From Candidatus Omnitrophota bacterium (GTDB taxonomy: Bacteria > Omnitrophota > Gorgyraeia > Zapsychrales > Zapsychraceae): 64,000 nucleotides of DNA. The position numbers and the translations under genes are program-made. Where the stretch lies: assembly GCA_050250375.1 (NCBI GenBank), contig JBFWOS010000001.1, positions 219,346-283,345 of the forward strand, in the 5' to 3' direction. The notes below the pieces were generated by a model. The model ran no database searches and was not told where the DNA came from. It saw nothing but the letters and a program-made list of their open reading frames with translations. This document shows positions 29,512-39,087 of the stretch, piece by piece. Numbering within the stretch: position 1 is the first letter of the stretch; every line of letters starts with the position of its first letter.

Positions 29512-32500
29512 TTATAAATTCTGATTCTTCGCCCACAACTCTTTCAAAAAATGTATCCCCCTCCGCCCGTAAGCATTACAGATCATATCGGCGTTTGTTT
29601 TGATAGATTTATCTTTCTCACCAACATTATAAAGGCGTTCAATGATGATCTTAATCTCTTGTTCTCGAAACATTGGCGTTGCGTACTCTAAAATTTTTAG
29701 AAATATATTACTTATACGCCTGACACTTTCCTCATCGGTAAATTTCGTCATATATTCAATCAGAAAACCAGAACGATGTTGAATTTCAATATACGGGGCC
29801 GATAGAATAATCCACTTTTCTGCGGATTCATCTATTCTATCGAGCCATATTGTCAACTCTGCCATTCGGCTTAGAAAAGAGCTGTATGCATCGCCTAATT
29901 TCTCTTTAACTTGCGCCTGCTCCTTATATGTCCACGCCCAGAAAGCCACGATTCTTTTTTTTATATCTTCTGATGGTTCATCTTGACTCTCCTTATCCTC
30001 TTTTCTTAAGGTCCTTGGAGATATTGACCAAAAAAAGCTAGCCACATCTTCCCATCGGCCTCGTTTATCATCCGCAGCATCATTAAGCATTTTCCAAAAT
30101 AAACTGTGCGTTCCGTCTTTATTATTTTCTGCCAACGCTTCATCCATCTGCAGATATCCGATGCAGATATGCTCAACGAGTCTTTCTTCTGTACGACCTT
30201 CAAATATTTTATTTTCAATAGCCTTTAAATAATTTAAACGCATCAACCCATATAAGTCCCTGTACACCCGAGACCCTGTTAAATATCCTTCCATGAACAT
30301 TTGCCATTCAAAATCATCAGAAGTTTTTTGAGCGAAAAATTTGATTTTCTCATCAACATACTCATTATCCAAATATCTCATCTGCGGCAAATAACAGCCA
30401 AACCAGATGTATCCATCAATGCCAATTGACAAAAATCTTTCAAACTTATCTGAACCCCAATTCTTTTGTTTCTTCTGAGTCGCCCTTGCCACCCTCAAAG
30501 AAAAAGAAACGTAAGTCATAACTGACCGGCCAAGGGTGGTATTAAGCGCATATGTAAGAGCGTCTCTTTGAGTGTCTGGATGCTTTTCTCCTTTTAGCAA
30601 AGGTATTATCAAATCGAATATCTGCTCGACTTTATCAAAATATTCAGGCAAAAAAGCCTTGTTATCATCTTTTGAACCATCTTCGATTAAATTAACAATA
30701 GCATCGATAATCCAGAGATATCTACCTTTCCCACTGTCTTCACCCTGGGCCTCAAGCGCCTCTTTTGTTATGTTGTCCTTACCTCGCTTAAGATATTCTA
30801 AATAAAAATCAAAAATCTTATTCCAGTCTAATTCTTTACCCGAGGCCCCAGCATCCTTCAATCCCCGTAAAATTCGATGCAAATAAAAATAATCCAAACC
30901 CACTAATGCCTCGAGTCCGTCTGTAAATTTCTTGGGTTCCTCTTTAACAGCAGCTTGCAAAGTATCGGCCAGACCTTCTTTATCGGGTTCCCCCTCAAAA
31001 ACACCATGCCAGAAGTCAGCACCTTTAAAATCCGCCAAATATTTGACTAATTCACCGATTGGCTTTTGAAGAATTTCCTCTTTAGTAACCGGTGATTTAT
31101 GGGTAATAAAGCCCCCTTTAAAAGATGATCGTTCTGGTTCGTATGGTTTGCCATCTTTTGGCTCAACTTTTTGCTTCGCCTGTTCATATAAAACGGAGAA
31201 ATCGGCGTTCTCCCTGAGAGGGGAAAGCCATTTATATTTCCAATAAGCAATTAACTTTTCATCTCCCTTTTTCAGATAATATTCGGGGACTTGGTTAATA
31301 AGTTCTTTAATCTTTGTCTTAATTTTGGGAGTAAAGGAAATGTTATGGTGTTGAAAAACATCCTGCGTCTCAACTTCAAGATCGGATTCCCCAAGAATTG
31401 TTGGAACAACTTCAAGCAATTTCTCCAACAGTTCGGAATAATCAGCCCAATATCTATCGGCACATATCAAGACAAACCGTCTAAATATGGGAAACTGAAA
31501 TTTATCAGTTAAAAATGTGTTTAATATCTCTCTGCCCCCGGCACGGTTTATCTCACATTTAACAAGCAAAACGTCTCGTAAAATATTCGTTAAGATTTCT
31601 TCGGCTCCATCGCCATTCTCAGGCCCGCTTTTTAAACTGCGGCACCATACATGGGAATAATCCGAGAAAAGCCCGGTATAGATGCTCGAAAGTTTATTTT
31701 CAAAGTTATCTGTACTCTGCCAATTTATATCTTTAGGCAATTTGCTTTTGAGTTCCGTGAGGAAAACATCTTTTGTTAAAGCGCTAAAGAAATATTGATT
31801 TATATCTGTTTCTGGATCGGCTTTATGGAGCGCCCAGAAATCTTGTCCACGGTCAATATTTCTTAACTGCTCATCTGAAAACTGTTTCACAACACACTGA
31901 TATTGTCCCTCTTGAAACCCGATCTGCCCGGGCTGTAATCCATCGATTGAAACACGCTCTACAGTAATCCGATAAACATTATTATCGACATCAAAATCAG
32001 AATAATGATTCTTCTGTTTATATTCCAATGCCCTCCTTAATCTTTCTGCCAGCCCAAGAACAACCTTGATGGAGCATTTTTTACCGATCAATTCACCATA
32101 TTTCTTGAAGGCATCCTGAATCCAATATGAATCCCAAGCCAACACAGCGTCATCTCGTCTGGTAAATGAGTATGATTTTCCTCCAGCTTTAATAGCCGTA
32201 ATTACCTCAATGATTGTTTCAGCAAAAGGATAATCAGGTGCAAAATCATCACTTAAAAATTTTGGCAAAAGTTTTTCGCCGATGTCACTTATCCCCATAT
32301 CATTCTTACTTGAATAATTCACCCAAACTGAAATCCAAGTATTAAATTTATCGATTTTGAGGTTATCTTTTATAACGGAGGATGGAAGATTTTTTAAAAT
32401 CTTAACAAAGTACCACCAAAAATGTGGATTGTTAATTGGCTTCCTATGTATGGTAAATTGAATAACATCATCAATAATTTTAATTAAATCCTTGCCATAT

Positions 32501-32775
32501 TTTGGCTGTTGACTCGCATGTCCAGAAACCTTCTCTAAATAATCAAGAACCCCCCAAAACAAAGCATTTCCTTTCACATCGAATGCGATTGTCTCTGGTT
32601 TAAAATAATTATTGTCTTGCATCCACTCGAACCAATCTAAAGAGGAAAGTTTATTTAAAAACTCTCGTTCCAAATCCTTGTCAGCACGCACCAGTAGCTT
32701 TAAACTTGCAGCGTTGGTGTCATTGTATTGTTGAATCAGGAATTCAATTTTTTCTAAATTTTGATAGTAACTCAT
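29512..32775 (-). CDS. Large (1087 aa) uncharacterised alpha-helical protein, translationally coupled to the upstream SIR2-family gene
   Basis: The ORF is 3.26 kb, unbroken and AT-rich. A GGTGA RBS lies 4 nt before the ATG and the gap to the SIR2 gene is 13 bp. No convincing catalytic motif is visible; AIKAGGKS is a weak P-loop-like match with no Walker B. Confidence 0.7.
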   Translation of the reverse strand: MSYYQNLEKIEFLIQQYNDTNAASLKLLVRADKDLEREFLNKLSSLDWFEWMQDNNYFKPETIAFDVKGNALFWGVLDYLEKVSGHASQQPKYGKDLIKIIDDVIQFTIHRKPINNPHFWWYFVKILKNLPSSVIKDNLKIDKFNTWISVWVNYSSKNDMGISDIGEKLLPKFLSDDFAPDYPFAETIIEVITAIKAGGKSYSFTRRDDAVLAWDSYWIQDAFKKYGELIGKKCSIKVVLGLAERLRRALEYKQKNHYSDFDVDNNVYRITVERVSIDGLQPGQIGFQEGQYQCVVKQFSDEQLRNIDRGQDFWALHKADPETDINQYFFSALTKDVFLTELKSKLPKDINWQSTDNFENKLSSIYTGLFSDYSHVWCRSLKSGPENGDGAEEILTNILRDVLLVKCEINRAGGREILNTFLTDKFQFPIFRRFVLICADRYWADYSELLEKLLEVVPTILGESDLEVETQDVFQHHNISFTPKIKTKIKELINQVPEYYLKKGDEKLIAYWKYKWLSPLRENADFSVLYEQAKQKVEPKDGKPYEPERSSFKGGFITHKSPVTKEEILQKPIGELVKYLADFKGADFWHGVFEGEPDKEGLADTLQAAVKEEPKKFTDGLEALVGLDYFYLHRILRGLKDAGASGKELDWNKIFDFYLEYLKRGKDNITKEALEAQGEDSGKGRYLWIIDAIVNLIEDGSKDDNKAFLPEYFDKVEQIFDLIIPLLKGEKHPDTQRDALTYALNTTLGRSVMTYVSFSLRVARATQKKQKNWGSDKFERFLSIGIDGYIWFGCYLPQMRYLDNEYVDEKIKFFAQKTSDDFEWQMFMEGYLTGSRVYRDLYGLMRLNYLKAIENKIFEGRTEERLVEHICIGYLQMDEALAENNKDGTHSLFWKMLNDAADDKRGRWEDVASFFWSISPRTLRKEDKESQDEPSEDIKKRIVAFWAWTYKEQAQVKEKLGDAYSSFLSRMAELTIWLDRIDESAEKWIILSAPYIEIQHRSGFLIEYMTKFTDEESVRRISNIFLKILEYATPMFREQEIKIIIERLYNVGEKDKSIKTNADMICNAYGRRGIHFLKELWAKNQNL

Positions 32776-32788
32776 AAATCACCTATTT

Positions 32789-33787
32789 CTATGATGGGGT
32801 ATAAGTGCTGCCCGCTAAACTTGTCGTTCTGGCCTCTAATAATTTGGCTAAAGTTTTGCATAAATCTTCTACGAAAATATGATCGCCTGTATATATCACT
32901 GGCTTAACATTCATTTGGCTATAATCATGAAAATATTTTTGCTGAAAATTCTCCTTTTGCTCTTCAGGAGCAGCTCCCAAATATTTATTAATTTCGGAAT
33001 CACTAGTTACCCAATAATGCATTTTAACTTCTCTTTTTGTCTCATTATCGGACTTACTACTATTTTCTTTTGCAATCTTAGCCAGTAAGTGTTTAAGAAA
33101 TGATCGCAAATGGAATTCCAAAGAGGACCCAAGAAAAATTATTGTGTAATTTGTCAAAATATCACACAAACTATTTTCTACGACGTAAACCCCATTATGC
33201 CTTTCATAAAGCGAAGGATAAAAATATTGATAATCTTTCTTTCGTAAAATACAAAATCCTGTGTTGGGATTGCCATGCAAATAAGTTAATGAATGTCTTG
33301 CCCTTTCTTGGGGTGGAAAGACAAAATAAAATTTCGTCAATTCTTCAGGCTTGGAACTTGTTAAATCTTGCTTCTGCCTAAATCCATCTTCAATTGGATC
33401 GTAATAGTTTGTTGTAACAAAACAATTAAAAGCACGAGCAATTTCAATATGAGTAGATGTATGCCTCGTATTTTTCGGAATTGTTTTAGTAAATAGCTCT
33501 TGATCAAATTTTTCCTTATCCTCAACATGCTTATATAAGACTCCGAATGCTTCCGGTGATTCACCATTACCATCGACTGAACACCCGTATTTTTCACACC
33601 AGGAAACATATAATCCTTTGAGATCAGGAACCCCTGTTATAGCCGAACTAATTCCGGCACCGATAAAAGCAACAAAGACATCAGGCGCTTTTGAATACAG
33701 TTCTAGCAAGGAACTGAAATTGTCCTTATTGACCTTAGAATTAAATAAAGCATCTTCCAATTTAGCTGCCATACTTATCCAAAACAC
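32789..33787 (-). CDS. SIR2_2-family (sirtuin-like, defence-associated type) protein
   Basis: Motifs FIGAGISSAITGVPD (GAGIS), FVTTNYYDPIE (TTNYD), TYLHGNPN (LHG) and IIFLGSSLEF (F.GYS-like) are present. Confidence 0.7.
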   Translation of the reverse strand: MFWISMAAKLEDALFNSKVNKDNFSSLLELYSKAPDVFVAFIGAGISSAITGVPDLKGLYVSWCEKYGCSVDGNGESPEAFGVLYKHVEDKEKFDQELFTKTIPKNTRHTSTHIEIARAFNCFVTTNYYDPIEDGFRQKQDLTSSKPEELTKFYFVFPPQERARHSLTYLHGNPNTGFCILRKKDYQYFYPSLYERHNGVYVVENSLCDILTNYTIIFLGSSLEFHLRSFLKHLLAKIAKENSSKSDNETKREVKMHYWVTSDSEINKYLGAAPEEQKENFQQKYFHDYSQMNVKPVIYTGDHIFVEDLCKTLAKLLEARTTSLAGSTYTPS

Positions 33788-33934
33788 CTCTGCGTCAGGG
33801 TGTTGAATTGGTTATAAATTTCAATATGACTTTCTATCATATTTTCGATCATCGTAACAGTAATCTTCGCAATGTAGAAAGAGAAGGGGCCAGTCCATAC
33901 CACTTCAATTTGCCTCCGTTCCCTTCTTCGGACT

Positions 33935-34816
33935 CTATATTACAAACCTTTTATCTATTTCTTGCATTCTTTTATTGTGATATTCTTTAAACCAAAACCA
34001 CTTATTCCAAATATCACGTTTTTTCTCCTTCTCGGAGCTTAATTCGTTTAACCTTTTTGAAATAATGTTATGGAAAGAATCTTTATTTGACGTATTTAAA
34101 TGTCCCTTAAAACAACTATCTATCAGTTCGGGAAGGTTTTTATAATACCCAGGGAAATGATAAATATCCAACACGTTTTCCCCATCAGCATCTGTCCAAA
34201 TTAACGAGTGATCCATCCACGCACAATCTTTCAACTTTTCATGTATTTTATCTGAAATAATTATTCTAGGCATGCGGGCATTCTTCTCCAGATTAAAGGC
34301 ATCAATTAAAGCCTGACTAAAAAGAAATTCACCCTTTATATCTTTGCCGAATGTACTGCAATGAAAATCTCCGTCCGCAATACCACCACGAGCCAATAAA
34401 TGTGTTTCACAAGTTAACATGAAAACTGTCATTGCTATATAATTTAGAAAAAACCTATAGTCGGTAACCGTGTGAATCTTAAGAATTTCCCTTTCTTGCT
34501 CTGCATTGTCAAAAGACTCAAACCCTATACTTCTTCTCGCCTCCAAATGATCACTTATTCTTTTACCCATGTCTAACCAAATTATCAAAGAATCGCTGAA
34601 CATAATAAACTCAACATCACTCATATCCATAACTAAATAGTCAGAAACTAGACGATATTCTTCTTTTTCGTGCCTGATAATATCATTGAGTTGTCCTCTT
34701 ACACTATCAAAAACTCCCTCCAATTTAATCTTAAACTCTGCCGCGGTCTGATTGGTTTTAACATATTCAGAAAATCCCAACAGGTCAATATAAGCTAATA
34801 TCACTTTTTTATTCAT
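33935..34816 (-). CDS. Hypothetical protein with a possible palm-domain nucleotidyl-cyclase-like core (tentative)
   Basis: VILAYIDLLGFSEYV resembles the class III cyclase metal-binding motif F.DI.GFT. IMFSDSLII resembles the second Asp block. RGGIADGDF...GEFLFSQALIDAFNLE resembles the C-terminal half. Confidence 0.45.
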   Translation of the reverse strand: MNKKVILAYIDLLGFSEYVKTNQTAAEFKIKLEGVFDSVRGQLNDIIRHEKEEYRLVSDYLVMDMSDVEFIMFSDSLIIWLDMGKRISDHLEARRSIGFESFDNAEQEREILKIHTVTDYRFFLNYIAMTVFMLTCETHLLARGGIADGDFHCSTFGKDIKGEFLFSQALIDAFNLEKNARMPRIIISDKIHEKLKDCAWMDHSLIWTDADGENVLDIYHFPGYYKNLPELIDSCFKGHLNTSNKDSFHNIISKRLNELSSEKEKKRDIWNKWFWFKEYHNKRMQEIDKRFVI

Positions 34817-34845
34817 ATTATCCGTTCAAGGGGTTCAGACCCATT

Positions 34846-35904
34846 TCACACTCGACTGGCATACCCCTTCTCCAACAACAAATTATTCAAATAAACATCC
34901 GTCGCCGGATCTGGTTCTTTTCCCTGCGGGATGAAGACGTCCGCGAGGTAGCGGTCGTATTTGTCGGCTTTGCTGGAGCGCAGGATGATAAGCGACGCTT
35001 CTTTGAGGAGCGAACGCACGAATGTTTTGGCGGCGTCGCCTTCTTTGGTCCCCGCCTCGGGGCAGTCGATATCGCGCAGGCGAAGGACCTCCCGGTGCCA
35101 GCTTAAAAAGCCCAGGTCGACGCGCACTTTAAGAGTGTCGCCGTCCACCACCTTCTCTATATAGGCACGGTAGGTGAACAGGTCTTTGGCGGTGCGCTCA
35201 CCCGCGGAAAATGTGTAGTCGCCGTTTTTGGGGCGCGACTCAACGATCGCCTCATCCGCGAACCGTGCCGAGACGCGGGGGTCGATGTCCCGAAACACCC
35301 CGAAGCCCTGGTCCAGGAGCAAGGCGCGCGCCTCGGGGTTGTCGCCCAGGGCCGGCCTCGACACAAAGCGGTAGGTGTAAAGCGTGCCGCGGGAAGGGGT
35401 CAAGGGAGCATTTGGCCGGCCGTAATGCGCCGGCTCTTCTGAACGGACCAGGGCCCCCTCCCCTGACGGGCGAATCTTGACCCGCGCCTGCAGTTCCTTG
35501 GATGACCAGCCGTTTCGCCCGGCTTTCTCCTCGATCAACAGACGTTCCTTGTCATCAGGGATGGCCATCAGCTGGCGGTAATGGCTCCAGGTGAATTGGT
35601 GCCCCGGGGCACCAATTGGCGGACTGGCATAGGTCCGGGCAAACTTAAAACAGCGGTTCAGCAAGGTCTTATCGACGCCGAGGTCACGGGCAAGACGGGC
35701 GATCACTTCAACTCCATAATCCGCGCGGTCTTTATTTTTAAGGATATGCGTGTGGATGATCCGTCCGGTTTCCCAGTACGTGCGCACGCGCTCCTGTTCG
35801 ATGCGGGCCTGGCCCTCGAGCAGGGTCTTTTCCACCTGTTTGAGCAGGGACCGGTAATTGGATGCTTGAATTGTGGTGGTTTTTGAGGACATATCCCTTA
35901 TCAC
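34846..35904 (-). CDS. Nuclease with a C-terminal SNase (thermonuclease) domain and an N-terminal YhcG/DUF1016-like region
   Basis: LRLRDIDCPE...DKYDRYLADVF...NNLLLEKGYA is the SNase pattern. The gene is GC-rich, unlike the adjacent island. Confidence 0.6.
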   Translation of the reverse strand: MIRDMSSKTTTIQASNYRSLLKQVEKTLLEGQARIEQERVRTYWETGRIIHTHILKNKDRADYGVEVIARLARDLGVDKTLLNRCFKFARTYASPPIGAPGHQFTWSHYRQLMAIPDDKERLLIEEKAGRNGWSSKELQARVKIRPSGEGALVRSEEPAHYGRPNAPLTPSRGTLYTYRFVSRPALGDNPEARALLLDQGFGVFRDIDPRVSARFADEAIVESRPKNGDYTFSAGERTAKDLFTYRAYIEKVVDGDTLKVRVDLGFLSWHREVLRLRDIDCPEAGTKEGDAAKTFVRSLLKEASLIILRSSKADKYDRYLADVFIPQGKEPDPATDVYLNNLLLEKGYASRV

Positions 35905-36061
35905 ATTTTACCAAAATTTCCGCTAATTTCGATAGCCTAAGCGCACTTCGTGCTATCTTTTTTCCACCTTTTGGGCAAAATAGGGGCTTTTTTGAGCGAT
36001 CCGGGAGGCGGAATCGTAATTTTCATTTCGGGCAGGCCCGTTACTGATTTGAAAATTCCAT

Positions 36062-36090
36062 TGACCGGGATGCCGCGAGCCTCTATATTG
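36062..36090 (+). promoter_or_regulatory. Sigma-70-like promoter (TTGACC-N17-TATATT)
   Basis: It lies about 30 nt upstream of the 36123 ATG. Confidence 0.4.
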
Positions 36091-36122
36091 AGAGAAAATC
36101 AATCTCTACAAAGGACATTACG

Positions 36123-36548
36123 ATGCGTATCTTCCCCGTTCTGGTTTTAACCGTGCTCTCTTTAACGTCTGTTCTGCCGCAGGCCGGCGCCGGGGGAACG
36201 GACGACCCTCTGCCCGCGTCCGCGCAAGAGGCGTTTTCCCGGGCCCAGTTTGTGTTCGCGGCCACGGTCGAGACGCGCTACGCGGATGACCGGGGTTTCC
36301 CGTCCAGGGCCGAGGCCTTCTGGAACAAATGCTGGAAAGGGTGCGCGGACCTGCCGAAACTCCTCACCATCGACGGCGGCAGCGCTCCGTCCCTGCCTGC
36401 CCAGGTGTTTGAGGCCGGCGAGACCTATCTGTTTTATGTGAACGAAAAACTCGCGGACGGATCGTACCGGGCAGACCCCAACCTGACCCGTGTCCTGAAG
36501 TTTTCCGAGGCCGAACCCGACCTGATCTTCCTTAATCAGCAAAAATAA
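36123..36548 (+). CDS. Secreted hypothetical protein
   Basis: The signal peptide is MRIFPVLVLTVLSLTSVLPQAGA. Confidence 0.5.
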   Translation: MRIFPVLVLTVLSLTSVLPQAGAGGTDDPLPASAQEAFSRAQFVFAATVETRYADDRGFPSRAEAFWNKCWKGCADLPKLLTIDGGSAPSLPAQVFEAGETYLFYVNEKLADGSYRADPNLTRVLKFSEAEPDLIFLNQQK

Positions 36549-36618
36549 TCAGCGCCCCCAGCCGACCCGTTAGACCGGATATTTCTGCACGTAGGATTCT
36601 CATATCACTTACCACTAA

Positions 36619-37527
36619 TCAATCCACCCCCCACCGCTTATTCAGCCACCCGCCCCATTGCACCGGATATTTCTGCACGTACGACTCGATCACGCGGGTG
36701 AGGGCGGTGATATTTTTGATGTCATTTTCGGCGGGGCTTAAGGCCTTCTCGATATTCAGCGCCTCTTCGATCACGATCCGGAAGGTCCGGTCTTCTTTGA
36801 CGACAAAGACGGGCAGGATCGGGGAACCCGTGCGCGCGTGAAATAACAAAGGCCCGGCCGCGCGGGTGACGCGGCTGTTTAAAAAATCCACCTCGACCCC
36901 GGCCTCCTCCTTTGCCTCTTCATCCAGCAGGATAAACAAGAGTTCATTGCGCCGCAGGGCGCTGAGAGAGTCCTTGAAAAATTTTCGGGGAGGTACGGTC
37001 TGGATCATGTTGATCTTCCATTGTTCGCACAGGCCGAACATGAAACGGCTGAACGTCTTGTTGCGCATGGGGCGGATGATGACGTTGATTTTATATCCGC
37101 GCTGAACCAGCGAGACAAACAGCAGAGGAAAGTTCCCCAGATGCGCCGAGACCGCGATCACCCCCTTGCCCTGCGCCAGCGCCTTGATGAGCCGGTCTTC
37201 ATGTTCGAGGGTGACAAGCCGGGACAATTGCTTCGGCCGCTCGACGTAATAAAGCAGGTCCGTCATGCTGTGTCCGATGTTTTTGATGCAGGCCGCGGCC
37301 AGGGCCTTGTATTCCCGCGGGCTTTTGGTTTCGCCGTAAACCGACCGCAGGTTTTTAAGACAGATCCCACGCTGTTTTTTAAGGCCGATCAGCGCGATGA
37401 AAAAAAGCCCGTTTAAAATGAAGGAAATAAACCAGCGCGGCAAATGGAACAGCGCCCATTTCAGTGCATTCAGGGAAAAATTGGACAGGCGGCTTTTAAA
37501 CTCTTCGGGGGGAAGATTCATCGGCAA
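36619..37527 (-). CDS. Lipid A biosynthesis acyltransferase (LpxL/LpxM-type LPLAT)
   Basis: There is an N-terminal transmembrane helix. The HX4D-type block is VSAHLGNFPL. The overall length fits the family. Confidence 0.7.
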   Translation of the reverse strand: MPMNLPPEEFKSRLSNFSLNALKWALFHLPRWFISFILNGLFFIALIGLKKQRGICLKNLRSVYGETKSPREYKALAAACIKNIGHSMTDLLYYVERPKQLSRLVTLEHEDRLIKALAQGKGVIAVSAHLGNFPLLFVSLVQRGYKINVIIRPMRNKTFSRFMFGLCEQWKINMIQTVPPRKFFKDSLSALRRNELLFILLDEEAKEEAGVEVDFLNSRVTRAAGPLLFHARTGSPILPVFVVKEDRTFRIVIEEALNIEKALSPAENDIKNITALTRVIESYVQKYPVQWGGWLNKRWGVD

Positions 37528-37635
37528 AAAAGGGGACGTACACCTTTTATCCCGGTTTCCTCAAAAAATCCGGACAATCGGACATACGTGCGTTGATTTA
37601 AAATTTTATAAATAGGGGTAATAGATGTATGTCCC

Positions 37636-38397
37636 TTATTTTTTCTCCGGACGGATAGAATCCGGGAAGATTTCTTCGATCAGTTTGAAAAGTTCCGGGT
37701 CACCCTGTTCAAGGGTCGCACGGCTTTTAAACGCGTAACCTCCGCCCCTGACAGAATCCTTGTCCGCCCAGAAATTATAATACACCTCCAGGCCGAGGAC
37801 CAGATATGTGGCCGGCCAATAGTCCTTGAGCTGGTCGGGGTCGCTGATCTGCGGGCTGAAAATATGTCCGGAAACCGCCTGGTCCATGGCCTTCTTCAGC
37901 CGTTTGATCCAGCCGGAGTTGGCTTTCATGATCCCGTACTGGTAGACCAGGTTGATCATTTCTTCCACCGTCGCGTCCCTGACGCCGTACTGCGTTTCGC
38001 CGGGGGATCCGTACGGAACGATCTCGGCCAACTGGAATACCTGCACCGGGCAGGCGCTGACGGCCCGGGCGTATTTCCCGCCGTCCTCATCAAAGTCGCG
38101 GCCGCTGTTGACAATCAGAACGGACGGCTGCCTCTGGCTGATCGCCTTTCGCAATATGCCGCCGGTGTCGTCATCTTTTTTCAGCAGGGCATTATAAATT
38201 AACTTCACGTGATCAACCTGTTCAGGCAGGGTTTCGGATACGGCGAGGATTGAAATGCCGCCGGCCTCCTCCCTGATCGTGAACTGGCCGGTTATTTCTT
38301 CGGGAAGACACTCGGCCCGGGCTGATTGGTTAACGCTGATGAAAGATCCCAGGGTGAGAAAAATGATTCCGGAAATGGTTAAGATTGTTTTGTTCAT
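37636..38397 (-). CDS. Secreted hypothetical protein
   Basis: There is a signal peptide. Confidence 0.5.
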   Translation of the reverse strand: MNKTILTISGIIFLTLGSFISVNQSARAECLPEEITGQFTIREEAGGISILAVSETLPEQVDHVKLIYNALLKKDDDTGGILRKAISQRQPSVLIVNSGRDFDEDGGKYARAVSACPVQVFQLAEIVPYGSPGETQYGVRDATVEEMINLVYQYGIMKANSGWIKRLKKAMDQAVSGHIFSPQISDPDQLKDYWPATYLVLGLEVYYNFWADKDSVRGGGYAFKSRATLEQGDPELFKLIEEIFPDSIRPEKK

Positions 38398-38498
38398 ACG
38401 CCGTCCGTTTCCTGATGGATTAAAATTTCTGATTAATGGAATTATAACACAGAGCGCAGGATGTTGGGCATGGATTTATTCAATCATCCATCGCCCGC

Positions 38499-38873
38499 TC
38501 ACAGGGCTTCTCCCAATAAAATCCCCAGATATAAAACCGCCAGACCGAGCAATACACTGCCCAGGACATTGACCGCGGACAGAAAAAACTCTCCGTCTTT
38601 CATCAGGGCGAACGTCTCCAGGATAAAGGTCGAGAATGTGGTAAACGCCCCCAGCAGGCCGACCATCAGATATAGGCGCGTGTCGGGCGACAACGCCAGC
38701 TTTGAGTCCGTCAACGCGAACAGAAAACCGATGATCAAACATCCGGCCAGGTTCACGATGAGCGTGCCGTAGGGAAACCGCGCGCCCAGGGCCTGGAAAA
38801 CCACTCCCGTCAGAACGTAACGCATCAGCGTTCCCGCGCCTCCGGCCAAAAACAGCCAACCCAATTTAACCAT
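38499..38873 (-). CDS. crcB: Fluoride channel CrcB/Fluc
   Basis: GTLMRY...PYGTLIVNLAGCLIIGF...GLLGAFTTFSTF is present. Confidence 0.85.
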   Translation of the reverse strand: MVKLGWLFLAGGAGTLMRYVLTGVVFQALGARFPYGTLIVNLAGCLIIGFLFALTDSKLALSPDTRLYLMVGLLGAFTTFSTFILETFALMKDGEFFLSAVNVLGSVLLGLAVLYLGILLGEAL

Positions 38874-39035
38874 ATCCCCTCCTTAAAATAAAAAACTCCC
38901 ACAATCGGATTTCCGTTGCAGGAGTCATCGGCCCCTTCATGAGCGGGCGGTTAAAGGCGAACTCCATCGCCTCAAATCGTTTAGTTGTTAGAAGTCTACC
39001 CCAAGAAACCCCGGCCGTCAAGTCCGCCGATCAAT

Positions 39036-39087
39036 AAGATAGGGGACAGCGCCCTAACTCCCGAGTTAGGGCGCTGTCCCCTATCTT
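39036..39087. repeat. Perfect palindrome of about 52 bp built from two inverted copies of the dispersed 21-bp element AGATAGGGGACAGCGCCCTAA
   Basis: The sequence is aagataggggacagcgccctaactcccgagttagggcgctgtcccctatctt. Confidence 0.6.

Noticed and set aside
29512-32775. A P-loop NTPase assignment for the 1087-aa protein, from AIKAGGKS
   Set aside because: It matches the relaxed [AG]x4GK[ST] pattern only once. There is no glycine-rich context and no downstream hhhhDE Walker B, so it was not used for annotation.
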